Notes: generated by a model from the sequence alone, not told the origin. Shown: positions 27,549-42,802, numbered from the stretch's first letter. The stretch: 64,000 nt of DNA from Octopus sinensis (GCF_006345805.1 NC_042998.1:11718001-11782000), one strand, 5' to 3'. Translations and numbers: made by a program.

Positions 27549-27724
27549 GCTACGATATATTGGGATTCTCGACACTGTAGAATACTGAATGTGCAGCCCT
27601 ACCTCGAAGTACGATGCTCAATTCTATACACACTGCGCTACATTGTAATACTTCACATAACACAACTCTGATTATACTACGGTGCATTGTCGTACTCAAC
27701 ACGATACTATTGTATACTGTACTC

Positions 27725-28087
27725 GTGGAGGCGCAATGGTTAGGGCAGCGGACTCGCGGTCATAGGATCGCGGATTCGATTCCCAGACCGGGCGTTGTGA
27801 GTGTTTATTGAGCGAAAACACCTAAAGCTCCACGAGGTTCCGGCAGGGGATGGTGGTGATCCCTGCTGTACTCTTTCACCACAACTTTCTCTCACTCTTA
27901 CTTCCTGTTTCTGTTGTACCTGTATTTCAAAGGGCCGGCCTTGTCATTCTCTGTGTCACGCTGAATATCCCCGAGAACTACGTTAAGGGTACGCGTGTCT
28001 GTGGAGTGCTCAGCCACTTACACGTTAATTTCACGAGCAGGCTGTTCCGTTGATTCGGATCAACCGGAACCCTCATCGAGTGCTTCC
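27725..28087 (+). mobile_element. SINE family A, head-to-head with the previous copy
   Basis: Full body with small deletions in the head and near the 3' end. Confidence 0.92.
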
Positions 28088-28486
28088 CATATTACAATGC
28101 ATTCTGACATTCAACACAGTACTATGCCGATTGCATTTTGCTACACGATGATATGCTGACTGCTCTACGATACATTGTGATACCCAACGCGGATTCACTG
28201 AAAATAGACAAAAATAAGCTGGTGGTAAGAAACAGTATGGCGGATTAAGTTTACCACCTGCCAGTCAAAACGATTCCTGCTCTGCCTTTCTAAATAGCTT
28301 CCGATTTCCAAATTTGACAGACGATTTTGATCAACAATAGACTATGATGAAAAATATTTATCCTGTGTTCTGCATATTGAGATCGAACTCAAAACCATTC
28401 TGCCAGAGTTCTTAACCACACTGCCAAAACTGAGCTAATTTTTTTGGAGTCGCTAAAAAAAAATACTATTAAAACTGTTTCAATAT

Positions 28487-29142
28487 AATGGTTTCAAACT
28501 TTGGCACAAGGTCAGCAGTTTCCAGAGAGGGGGTAAATCAATTACATCGACCCCAGTGCATAACTGGTAGTTATTTTATCGACGCCTAAAAGGATAAAAG
28601 GCAAAGTCGACCTCGGTGGAATCGGTACGTAAAAATGGACGAAATGCCTATTTCTTTACTACCCAGGAGGGGCTAAACACTGAGGGGACAAACAAGGACA
28701 GACAAACGGATTAAGTCGATTATATCGACCCCAGAGCATAACTGGTACTTAATTTATCGACCCCGAAAGGATGAAAGGCAAAGTCGACCTCGGCGGAATT
28801 TGAACTCAGACGAAATACCGCTAATCATTTCGCCCGGCGTGCTAACGTTTCTGCCAGCTCGCCGCTAAGCATCTCCTCTGGCGAACTAAGGATTCTGCCA
28901 GCTCGCCGCCTTACTGTGTTTCAAAATATTGATTCCAAATTTTGGCACAAGTCAGCAGTTTCAGAGGAGGGGCTAAGTCCATTAAATCGACCCCAGTGCT
29001 CAACTGGTACTTATTTTATCGATCCTGAAACGATAAAAGGCGAAGTCAACTTCAATGGAATTTGAGCTCAGAATTTGAGATGAACGAAATGCCGCTAAGC
29101 ATCTCACCCGGCGTGCCAATGATTCTGCCAGCTCGCCGCCTT
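28487..29142 (-). mobile_element. SINE C2 interrupted by a C1 copy (28649-28863), followed by a second C2 (28928-29142)
   Basis: Host sequence gaaatgcc|gctaagc is rejoined when the C1 copy is removed. Confidence 0.82.
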
Positions 29143-29236
29143 ACTGTATTACAATATATTGAGAAATAGATGCGTACTATTAAAATATTGTGTTTCAAGA
29201 TATTGAGGTAGATTCTTAATAGCATACAAGAATACC

Positions 29237-29455
29237 TATTTCTTTACTACCCACAAGGGGCTAAACACAGAGGGGACAAACAAGGACAGACAAAGGGATT
29301 AAGTCGATTACATCGACCCCAGTGCGTAACTGGTACTTAATTTATCGACCCCGAAAGGATGAAAGGCAAAGTCGACCTCGGCGGAATTTGAACTCAGAAC
29401 GTAGCGGCAGACGAAATACAGCTACGCATTTCGCCCGGCGTGCTAACGTTTCTGC
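29237..29455 (-). mobile_element. SINE family C (C1 tail), slightly 5'-truncated
   Basis: TSD CAAGAATACC at 29227-29236 and 29456-29465. Confidence 0.9.
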
Positions 29456-30009
29456 CAAGAATACCCGCACACAGTTTGGTGAAGATACGTGCTAGCTGTG
29501 CAGGTCACTGTTTTGTCAGAACTCGCTGCCTTGATGGGTTAGAATCAAACGTTTCGAAAACGAAGAATTTGAGAGGAAGTTCCTTGCCTCTGTGTGTGTG
29601 TATGGGAAGGGGGCGGTGTGTGTGTGTGCGCGCGCATGCATGTGAACCATCAATAGACGTCGTGAACAGGAAGTCTGCAAAGTTTGTACAGACTTCTTGA
29701 GCAAGAAATCGGATGGGGACGTAGCAACAATTTAGGAAGGAAGAAGGGTTACGGTCAGCGCCGTTGAGAAACATGGCATCCTTTGGTTACCCGAATGATT
29801 GTCGCTTTGGAGGCGCCGGTGATATTTTCCAGATCCTGCAGACTGTGTATGCAGTGAACGATAAAGAAAACATCTACCCGGATCTCAAATATCTGTAGTA
29901 ATTTAAGAAAGCTTGGGACATTTTTTTCAATTTCAAATTGGTTCTCACGTATTTTGTTGTTACTGTAGCTGCTGCTTGTTTTTCCAGATCTGCTGCAGCT
30001 GCAGTTGCT

Positions 30010-30690
<681 letters not shown>

Positions 30691-30977
30691 AGTCAGTGAT
30701 GCCATACTTTCTTCTTCGATAACACCGGTAACCAGCAAAAAATAAAAAAAAGGGGGCCACATACGTTAGTGATTAGGTAGGTCACATCATTCGTTGAGAA
30801 GTTGCTTGCTCTAGATTTAGTTGCACACGTGTGCAGCTGTAACTGTGCAAGCAGAGGCAGCTACATCAAAAGATGTTATTTCAAAAATGAATAAGCATCG
30901 AGAGTCGAAGCTAAAAATAGCAACATCAAATGCATATGATCAAATGCTTTTGCGTTTTTATCTAAACATTTAATCTA

Positions 30978-31753
<776 letters not shown>

Positions 31754-32255
31754 TTATGTACTTTCTCGTAGTATCGTCTATCAATTTCCTGGTTTGATGC
31801 TAATCGATACTGAATTCCAGAACATTCTCACATACACATACACTACAAAAGCGCGCACACAAACTCAAACATATACACACGCACACGTACATGCACTTTT
31901 CATCCTCTGTCGCTCGTTGTCCCTCTCTTTTACTCAAAGCTAAAAACTCATAGGTTAGATCGAAGATCGAAATGCAATAAAGATTTGAAATAAGTAATAA
32001 TATGAATTGTCGTCCTTTTTACCTCACGATGAGCAACAAATAGAATATTACTAAATTTACATACATAGCAACACCATACATATAAACATAGCATATATAT
32101 TCATATATATATATATATATGTATATATAAAAATATATATATGTGTGTGTGTATATATATACATGTATGCATATATATATATATATGTATATATATATGT
32201 ACATATATATATACACATATATATACATACATATATATTTACAATATAAGCATAC

Positions 32256-32332
<77 letters not shown>

Positions 32333-32621
32333 TATATGGCTATAGGACGTTACCAACAGTAACAACATGAAATACGAAAACAAATAAGTTCAGTGCGCAA
32401 ACAACGGAAAACAATGGAAACAAATGGAAAACAGGACAAGTAACATAAAGAACGACCCTTCATCAGCTACCGGCTGTCTATCTACTCTTCATTTCGACCA
32501 TTGAACGACAATACGAGTCTTCGAAGACAGTTGGTCTCATAAGTACCAAAATAAAATTTTGGATTTATGGAGGGTCATGTTGAGAACAAAAACAGGAAAC
32601 TGAAGACACACACACACGCAC

Positions 32622-32684
<63 letters not shown>

Positions 32685-33252
32685 GGTATCTATCTGTATG
32701 TTTGTGTGTTTGTATATTTGTATATATATATGCCTGTGTATATATAATATATATATATATATGTGCGAGTATGCAGTAGTGTGTTTTGATGTGGTAGTAT
32801 ACTTTAGCAGATATTTTCGACTCAGTGTCCAGATAAACACCCCCGCTCCTAATTCCATACTGCTCTATAATCATTTTTTTAAATAGGGATACGCTAGCTT
32901 GTTATGACCATCAGTTATATATCATAAGATTGACACAAACAAATAATTAATATTTCGAATGCATTTAATATACATGTCTCAAGTTGTCACATAGCAATTT
33001 GTGACCTATAAGGTACCCTCATCAGTTGATTACAAATGAAATACATTGATGGAATCCCGTACATATATACATACATACACTATATATAAGCAGTAGAAGA
33101 CTGGAAAAAGGACTGAAACAGAAACGGTAAGAAGGACATCAGGGATTCCTAAAGACGGGAAAGAATGATAGAAAAAAAAATCATTCATTAATATGTTTAT
33201 ATATTTGTTTTGCAAGATTCTTCATGTGAAATCGTGCGTTGAAACAGATGTT

Positions 33253-33545
33253 GTTATATTTGGGGATGGTCGTCTTTTGCCAATAAACACAAGCGCTATA
33301 TTTTTGATCTTCACTTTTAGCATTATCATTGCTATTATTACTTTGTCAAAATGAGTTCTTTCGTCACACATTCAGTGACCTATCCAGCGATTTCTGTCTC
33401 CTCTTCTCTCTGGTCTATTCCAATATGGAATAGATAGGACAAGACCAAAGAGAAGAGGCGTAATTATAGCAATAATAAAGCTAAAGTGAAGGTCAGATAA
33501 ATAGTGCTTGTGTTTATTGGCAAAAGATGGCTATATCCAAATAAC
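33253..33545. repeat. Imperfect palindrome of about 290 bp
   Basis: Centre CTATTCCA-ATA-TGGAATAG at 33415-33433; outer arms tcttttgccaataaacacaagc and its reverse complement. Confidence 0.85.
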
Positions 33546-34121
33546 TCAATCAATAAATATATATTTAGGTAAATAAATGTATAAATAGATAGGCGAAAGA
33601 AGGAAAGTGAAGAAGGAATAGGAAGGAAAGAGGGAAGTAGAAAAAGAAATCGATAAATCGAATTAACCTGCTACGGACGAAAACAAGTTAAGAAATATAT
33701 CTTTGCTGCTACGATCAGAAGGAATTAAGGAAGCGCTTTTGTAGTCTCTCCAAAGGGATCTTTTAAGAATGATAGAGAATATAACATTCCGGAATATCGC
33801 AATCCATTTAAGAGAAAACTTTCCGAGATACTTAACAAAATTAGGAAATCTGACGAACCACACGTGATGTGAATAAAAATGGAAAGATATATTGAGTGGA
33901 CCAGAGTAGTAATTGACATTTATTCAAAAGAAAATAATTAGGAATTCTAAGGAAATATACATGGATATTCTATACGACATTAATATTAAGGCAGGTGTTC
34001 CAAGAATAACAAAATTTAAAGCTGATGGTAGAATTGAATATCTAATTGGTTTGTGATAATTTTTTAAATTTCATACATACATACATGTATGTATGTGTAT
34101 GAGCACATATATGTATATGGG

Positions 34122-34174
<53 letters not shown>

Positions 34175-34382
34175 GGAGAAAGACAGTTAGAAGAGAGAGA
34201 ACGCATGGGATATTAGCAAATCATCAGCGGGGACAGAAAAAATAATATATGGATTTCGATTATTTCTTATGCAGTTCTTACATATCGTCTAATATCATCT
34301 AAAGCTTGCATGAGAGTTTGAATCTATACAGGAATCTGTACAGGAATCATGTGCATAAATATATGCGTGTGTATTCTATTAT

Positions 34383-34688
34383 TCTTTTACTTGTTTTAGT
34401 CATTTGACTGCGGCCATGCTGGAGCTCCGTCTTTAAGTCGAGCAAATCGACCCCAAGATTTATTCTTTGTAAGCCTGGTACTTATTCTATCGGTCTCTTT
34501 TGCCGAACCGCTAAGTTACGGGGATGTAAACACACCAGCTTCGGTTATCAAGCGATGTTGAGGACACACACACGCAAACACACATATATATACATCGGGC
34601 TTATCACTCCTGTACCTATTTTAAAACACACTTACATTAGTTGTCAAACGATGCTGGGGGGGGGGCAACCACAAACACACAAACATAT

Positions 34689-34731
<43 letters not shown>

Positions 34732-34896
34732 CGATGGGCTTCTTTCAGTTTCCGTCAACCAAATATACTCACAAGGCTTTGGTTGACTCGAGGCTATAAT
34801 AGAAGACACTTGCCCAAGGTGCCACACAGTGGGACTGAACCCGGAACCATGTGGTTGGTAAGCAATCTACTTATCACACAGCCGCTCCTGTGCCTA
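34383..34896 (-). mobile_element. SINE family B with an internal duplication or insertion
   Basis: Same landmarks as 14877-15281 plus about 100 extra bp near 34570-34660. Confidence 0.88.
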
Positions 34897-34927
34897 TATA
34901 TGTATATGTATGTATATATATATATAT

Positions 34928-34959
<32 letters not shown>

Positions 34960-34960
34960 A

Positions 34961-35034
<74 letters not shown>

Positions 35035-35161
35035 CACAGGAGCGGCTGTGTGATAAGTAGATTGCTTGCCAACCATATATAATATAATTGCTATATATAT
35101 ATGAGTGTGTGTGTATATATGTATGTGTGCATACATATTTATAAACACACACACACACACA

Positions 35162-35207
<46 letters not shown>

Positions 35208-35985
35208 TATTTGCATAAACAGTGCGATTTAGACAATCAAAGTAAAACTTAATGTAGTTAGGATAGTGCTTATAACGCTTACGCTAAAGAAAGTAAACTA
35301 AATGTAAATGTATTTTGTGATTTTTGCTCGGGTACAAAAGAGGAAAGTGACTATCTTGACAGGTCTCATAATTAACTGACCCTTCTTTATAGGTCTTCTA
35401 CTTCTCGTTGCTTTGCTTACGATGAGAAATGTATAGCAGGTGGTGTTTAAACGAAACGCGTAGTATTAAGTTGCCGGAATAGCTAAAGTAATTGACATAG
35501 AGTGCCTTTATCGGTGGCGTGATTAATAAATGTCTAATGCGCAAAGAACGTGCATAAGGAAATCTAAAATATCTAAATTCACGTCAAGCTATATCAGTTA
35601 CTTTCTGGTTCGTCTACTCCCTTGTAGCAGCTGCAGCTGCGGTTACTAAAGGCCACATGAGCGGTCACCGATTTTCTGTCATCATTTTTATTGCTTTCTC
35701 GTTAATTCTCGAAATAAATACTTTAACCTGTCTTTTATTTTCGGAATGAAGGTATGTGACCTACTAGCTACATGTTGCATTCGCAATTTGAGATGTTGGT
35801 TTTGATTCCCAGATCGGGCAAGTAGTTTGTGTTCACTCAGATGGAAATGAATAACCCTGCGACAAACCGGCGACCGGTTCAAAGAGAATGTTGTAACCTT
35901 GGTCACTTATATACCATGGAAACTAGGTAATCGGGTCGATGAGTGATAGAGTTCAAGACAGAACGCACGCACACACACACACACA

Positions 35986-35988
35986 CAT

Positions 35989-36074
<86 letters not shown>
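35986..36074. repeat. (GCAC)n microsatellite
   Basis: Direct reading. Confidence 0.97.
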
Positions 36075-36075
<1 letters not shown>

Positions 36076-37794
36076 GACACATTCTCTTCAGAAACCGTAA
36101 CCTTTTGGAATCCCTTCTCTGTGGATCACTTTCCAAGCAAAGAGGTATTGTTAAAAATTCAAGTGAACATCAAGCATTCCAGAAAGAGCCAATGAGAAAA
36201 TATCTACGTGATTGATTACTCTGCTACAAATAGCAGTCAAATCTCTCATAATTCATTGCCCTTATTTTTTTTTAAATACAAAGACACTGGGTTATGCAAT
36301 GTGGATTAGATTAGAAATGAAAAGGCGAGATGGTCATGGTTATAATTTTTTTGATCAGAGTTGTTCTTAGAGTTGCATACATTCATACAAAATGTCTATA
36401 TACATGAAAACACGCAGCCATACACCCATATGTATCTACACATGCGCTCTCCTATACATGCGTAGAGAAGGAGCGAGTGGAGAGAGAAGAGACAGAAAGA
36501 GAGAGAACGAGAAAGAGAGAGAACGAGAAAGAGAGTGAGAGAGAGATGGAAATATTGATAGCTAGATATATAATCACTCGATGGTTGGGTCGATAAATGC
36601 ATTACATGTATCTTATTTATAATGCGTTGTTATACAATCAACGCAATATATCTCATTCGTAACAATGACTACACCTGTCAGCAGTCCACCATTGGGAATA
36701 TTTCAGCTATAATTTTAACTTTATTCGATTGTAACATGAGGACTGAAGTCAGTAGATTACTGAAAAATTATATGCAATGAAGCAATTTGTACAAGGAAAT
36801 ATATACCACAAAGTGGCCTTCCATTGGTGTGTAATTTTTCATACAGAACTCTATGTTTAGCTTTTCGAGTATAAAATCTTTCCTTGATAATAATTGAGCT
36901 TGATATTTTCGGCAAATATTTTATTTCACTGAAATATAAATGGCTATTAACTGAGAATATTTATTATGATTCGGAAAATGCATTTAAACATAAATATAGA
37001 TTCTTAAATTAAATTAGTAACAGTTGGAATATTGTAGATAGATATTTAACTCAACTCTCATAGATATTAGATTCACTGTAAAATATTTTGCAATAATGGA
37101 ATCATGGTACAAATTGCTTTATAAGTTTCAGTGCAAATAATTAAAAGAAAAAGAAAACAAAATTTCCTTAAAAGCAGACAGACAATGCAAATAGTAACGT
37201 TATTAGATTCAACTGTCTTCCAGAGAATATTCTTGATGTAAGAGGAAAGTAAAGAAATAAAGTCACGATACTGCTTTTACGAAGAAATGTTTTAAGAGAA
37301 ATAAAAATAATAAATTCGAAGCACCATTAATCCTTCAGTATCCTCTTATTGTTTTATGGAGTATTTTGTTTTTATTTCATTAGTTATTTTGTGTAGGACG
37401 AAACTGAACACAGAAAGTACGGTGTGTTTAAATTAATTTTATAATCCCAACACTTGAGATGCAATAGAACTTCATTGAGATGCTTCACTGGCCAGTTCGT
37501 AGATATATGAGAAAAGTTTTTGACACTTTATAACATACAACAATATCAGGAAATCAAACAAGAGCCAGTATAATAGAATTTCTGTGATTTAAATGACTAC
37601 TGTAACGTTCTTTCTCGAAGTAATTGTTTCAGTGTCAACACACTGTGAACGAGTCCACTCACCATTGAAGGATAACTTCGAAAATACAGTTTATGATATT
37701 CATGGAAGGGAATATGGATACTGTAATGAGGTTAAGCCGCTTGCTTCACAATTATGTGGTTTCACGTTCGGGTCTGTTATATACTACCTAAGTT

Positions 37795-38027
37795 AAGGCG
37801 GCGAGCTGGCAGAAACGGTAGCACGCCGGGTGAAATGCGTAGCCGTATTTCATCTGCCGTTACGTTTTGAGATCAAATTCCGCCGAGATCGACTTTGCCT
37901 TTCATCCTTTCGGGGTCGATAAATTAAGTACCAGTTACGCACTGGGGTCGATGGAATCGACTTAATCGCTTTGTCTGTCCTTGTTTGTCCCCTCTGTGTT
38001 TAGCCCCTTGTGGGTAGTAAAGAGATA
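37795..38027 (+). mobile_element. SINE family C (C1), full length
   Basis: TSD TATATACTACCTAAG at 37778-37792 and 38028-38042. Confidence 0.93.
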
Positions 38028-38387
38028 TATATACTACCTAAGGCAATTGCCATCTACTAAAGCCTCGATTCGATCCATGCTTTGTGGGTGGGTGGAATTA
38101 ATTAGACAGATACTGAGCAGGAGTCTGTCGAATGAGCTGCATCCTTCCGTTATCTTTTCTCTGCTAAAGATAGCCAGGGAGCACAACATGGTCCCTGGGT
38201 AACTTTGTCGCAGTTAATTCTGTTGAAAGTAGTTAGACCAGAGCCCGTAACTAGGGATAGCTTGATCGAATGGTGCCGCACATTTTATTCTGACATGGTT
38301 TAAGTGCTTTCAAATGAATTGACTCCATTAAGTGTGCCCAAGTGCACGTTAGAGTTCTTGCGTATCTTTTGTGATGTCATGATTTTA

Positions 38388-38975
38388 ACCTCGACATGAA
38401 GGATGGGTCATCAGCGGCGCGCTGACTGAGATCTTAAGAGACTTCGATGCGATGTCCTTTCTGCTCAGTGGTCATCAGGCGGGGGACAAACTTGGCAGAG
38501 ACACACCGCATGTCCAATTCAGACACTGGGTTGCCTGCAGGGACTCATACGACAGACCAACAACATCGGCAATGTTGTTGATTGTCCTCTAAAAATCCCC
38601 ATGGACAATCTGATGAATTTCTCCATATTTCCGGGGTGGTGCTCGTAGTAGGTCTTTCGGATCGCTCATCATCTTCCAGGAACGTCCTTCCGCTTTCGAA
38701 GCACCCGTGCCACTCGAAACATTGCATACGACCCATTACCTTGGCGGCGTAAGCTTGCCGACTGAAGCCAACTTCTCAAGTTTAATGCAAAATTTCACGT
38801 TGGATCTTTGTTCCTGTCCATGACAAAATCACCGACTACAGCATACACGTGATCAAAAAGGCACAAATTTCACAAATTGTGAAGTAAACACAGCGATGTC
38901 ACTGGGCACACTGCCTTATGAAGGTCACTGCTATCTCTCACTGAGCACTTAACCGTGTTCTGCCATCTGTATTAG
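38388..38975 (-). mobile_element. Mariner transposon 5' part (HTH domains), truncated before the first catalytic Asp
   Basis: EQRSNVKFCIKL; QCFEWHGCFESGRTFLEDDERSERPTTS; AKFVPRLMTTEQK...DDPSFMSR. Confidence 0.88.
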
Positions 38976-39416
38976 ATAGGTTCAAGAACAACTGCCAAAG
39001 CCTTTACAACCTTAACCATTCCTCTGTATCTATGTAGGGATAAATTATCCAATGCACCCTCTCCTTTTTGAGACTGTAGCAGGCAATTTGAGAGACTTTG
39101 TCACTATTTCTTAAAGGTCTAGTGATCGTGTAGTGTTTTCCTTAGTCCGTAAAATTTAAGTAATTAATCGAGGTAAAAATATAATGCTTCCTAGTCAACT
39201 CAAAGAGTCTTTTGCATTAGTTTGATTTCAAGATCTTACAAAACTTTGTTAGATACACGGTGTATCGCAGCATGCAATGAAACACCTGTAATATATCTGA
39301 ACTCATGATCCACGAGAGGGTAGTACAATATCGATTTATGCATCCGGGCTTATTATAGTGGCTGTATCGATTTCTATGTGTTCGTGCCAACAGCTTCTAA
39401 TTATTCTAAACGTTAT

Positions 39417-39807
39417 GTGGAGGCGCAATGGCCCAGTGGTTAGGGCAGCGGACTCGCGGTCGTAGGATCGCGGTTTCGATTCCCAGACTGGGCGTTGTGA
39501 GTGTTTATTGAGCGAAAACACCTAAAGCTCCACGAGGCTCCGGCAGGGAATGGTGGTGATCCCTGCTGTACTCTTTCACCACAACTTTCTCTCACTCTTA
39601 CTTCCTGTTTCTGTTGTACCTGTATTTCAAAGGGCCGGCCTTGTCACTCTCTGTGTCACGCTGAATATCCCCGAGAACTACGTTAAGGGTACACGTGTCT
39701 GTGGAGTGCTCAGCCACTTACACGTTAATTTCACAAGCAGGCTGTTCCGTTAATCGGATCAACCGGAACCCTCATCGTCGTAACCGACGGAGTGCTTCCA
39801 TCCATCC
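39417..39807 (+). mobile_element. SINE family A
   Basis: (ATCC)n tail; TSD ATTCTAAACGTTA at 39403-39415 and 39808-39820. Confidence 0.93.
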
Positions 39808-40872
39808 ATTCTAAACGTTAAATAAAATTCGGTTTACTTAATTTAGAATTTGATCTTTGCTTGCTGTCATGGTTTGATAGTAATAGTGAGTGTATTTTTG
39901 TTTGGTTATTGTTGTTAAATTTGTTAAATTATATAAAAAGATGGATTCTTTGTGATACATGAAGCGAAATAAAAAATGTCGACGATATTACAAAACAATG
40001 ATCTGAATAGAAAGATAAAGCTTTGCTAATATTTGTTTTTCATAATAATATTATCAAACATATTTCTACTGTTAATCGTTTGCTTTGATAACCTTCAGTA
40101 AGATTGTAATTACCAGTAATTAACCAGAAATCGGATTATATATTATCGGATTCTGCTTTTGCTGTATGTTGCTTAGTCGTTAATTTGACATCAAACATTA
40201 ACTTGACTTGTACTACATAATCTTGGTTAGAAATTCAAATACCTAATTATGCATTGGTATGAGGAATTGTGAAGAAAGGTTTTTATCATTAAAAGCGAGC
40301 ATTCTTAACGGATCACATACCACGCATCTAAGACTTTTAAATTATCTAGACAGTAATTGCCATAAAATCAGAATAAAAGTGGATTTATAGTGGTTTGAAG
40401 AAAAGTGAATACAGAGAAAGAATTCCTTTCTTTGGTAAGAAGCAACATAATATATAAAAGAAAGAAAAAAGAGTATTAATAAGGTTCTGTACGTCTATGA
40501 AGCAAAAGATTCTTTGTATTGATTAGAGACGTTTTATTTTTAGCAAGATCAATTACTCGATGTTCTAGCCAAATCAGTGGCTAAATCTGGAAGCAGGAGT
40601 CGATTTTCAATGAAAGATATAATTTCATCTTAAATTAGGAAGGCCACATTGGACAATGTAGTATAGGTAAGTTAGGCATGATGGTCACAAGTGACACACC
40701 TTTGTTTATAAGTTTGCCTAGTCCTAGATAACATGGAACTAAGCAGTAAGGGTAACAGTAATAAACATGTTTTTGATTAAGAATTGTAGGAAGGTCAGCT
40801 GTTGCTAGATATTTAATTTTGGTAGAGAAAAATCACAAAAGAGTTGGGATATGAGAACTTCACACACTGATT

Positions 40873-41277
40873 ACTCTCTTTTTACTCTTTTACTTGTTTC
40901 AGTCATTTGACTGCGGCGATGCTGGAGCACCGCCTTTAGTCGAGCAAATCGACCCCGGGACTTATTCTTTGTAAACCCAGTACTTATTCTATCGGTCTCT
41001 TTTGCCGAACCGCTAAGTGACGGGGACGTAAACACACCAGCATCGGTTGTCAAGCAATGCTAGGGGGACAAACACAGACACACAAACACATACACACACA
41101 TACATATATATACATATATACGACAGGCTTCTTTCAGTTTCCGTCTACCAAATCCACTCACAAGGCATTGGTCGGCCCGGGGCTATAGCAGAAGACACTT
41201 GCCGAAGATGCCACGTAGTGGGACTGAACCCGGAACCATGTGGTTGGTTAGCAAGCTACTTACCACACAGCCACTCC
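40873..41277 (-). mobile_element. SINE family B, near full length
   Basis: Highly similar to 14877-15281. Confidence 0.92.
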
Positions 41278-42537
41278 AGTACAAGTCAAGTTACATTAAC
41301 AAAAACAATATACTGACATAAAAATTATCAAAGTGGGAGTAGATACATGGTCTCTCGATCTACGAGAAAGAACAAGCAAATCTTTAAATTATACCATGCT
41401 GTGTTAAAAAATAAAGATACAGTCACAGATATGCAAAAGGTAAAAAAATAGAAAATAATCGGATGAGGATGAGAATGTTCAAAAATCTTGTCACCTGGAG
41501 ATGATTTGGGTATAAAACACAGCAAATGATACTAATAAATTATGCAAACCAGAATTAAAACAAATGGCTTTTCTATAAAAATGTTTATAAGACCAACAAA
41601 TGTGCTTAAAAGTTAAGTTGATATGCAATGCATAAATACACATAGCCGTATGAAAGCAAGAATAATGCTGTGGATTATGGCTTTACTCTGAATTGGAAAA
41701 TCGATTATAGAGCCCACTTTATTTATGTAGAGAGAATCAATGATGCTCCTGTACGCATCCCATTGAAAAACAATATTCTCTTGCAATATCTGAAATTTTT
41801 ATAACAATATTTGAATTTTAATGCTGTTCAATATAACTTATATTCTAATCAAAGTTCTATACGAGACACCAATTAACAGTGCAAAACAGCCAAAGAAATT
41901 CGTCGTTGTAGAAATAAAAGCCATTGTCTCTCAAACGAAGTCCTTACTATCTTAGAAATATAATTCACTGGATGATACTGTGGTTCAACTAAGTGTGGAA
42001 AAGTAATGTGGAATAGTCATGGCAGCAATGCGCTTCAATATAGAGCTTCATCAGGTATGATCCGGTCTAAACTACTTCATCAGGTAAAGAACGGAACTAA
42101 CCAATATTGGCACATCTACGACGGCCGTTCGACCTTCAAGAAATAGCATCGAAATATCTTTCACATTGCAAAAGCCGTTGAAATCATACATTTACATACT
42201 CTTGGACTAACAATGCGCAATGCACCATTCTATGGTAAACACTCATTTGAAGGTGATTTGCCCAACAGTACAACATACCGTTTGGTCTAGAAAACGAAGC
42301 TATAGCATTACGATCGCGAGACCATGGACCTATCTACTTGAGTATGTGCCTTCAAATTGTACTTTGCCGTATTGAAATGGAAATAATGCAAAGGTTGATT
42401 CGTTGCTAATAAACGTAAAACCTGAAGAAAAAATGAAATGGTTGCGCTTGAAAGAGCTTTTAATTTTATGTCCGCTGGAACAAAACTGAACAGGAACTAA
42501 ACAAAATCAAAAGCAAAAGCAAACAACAACAACAACA

Positions 42538-42587
<50 letters not shown>

Positions 42588-42768
42588 AAAACAGATCAAT
42601 GAGTGAAGAAGTCGGAGAATAATTAATGGGATCGCTGTTGACTGTACAAGCAACTGGATATTTCAGAGTTTATGACTAAAACTTCCAAGTCAATCATATC
42701 TTGTATGTAATTACTCTTACATAGGCATTATGCCAACATTTACAAGGTTAAGGGGAATTTGGATAACG

Positions 42769-42802
<34 letters not shown>

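Noticed and set aside
32440-32520. CTGATGA and GAAA on the minus strand as a hammerhead ribozyme
   Set aside because: The required stems II and III could not be formed.
42040-42090. Direct repeat cttcatcaggta (CTGATGA on minus) x2
   Set aside because: Only two 12-bp units with no GAAA core; not CRISPR-like and not a ribozyme.
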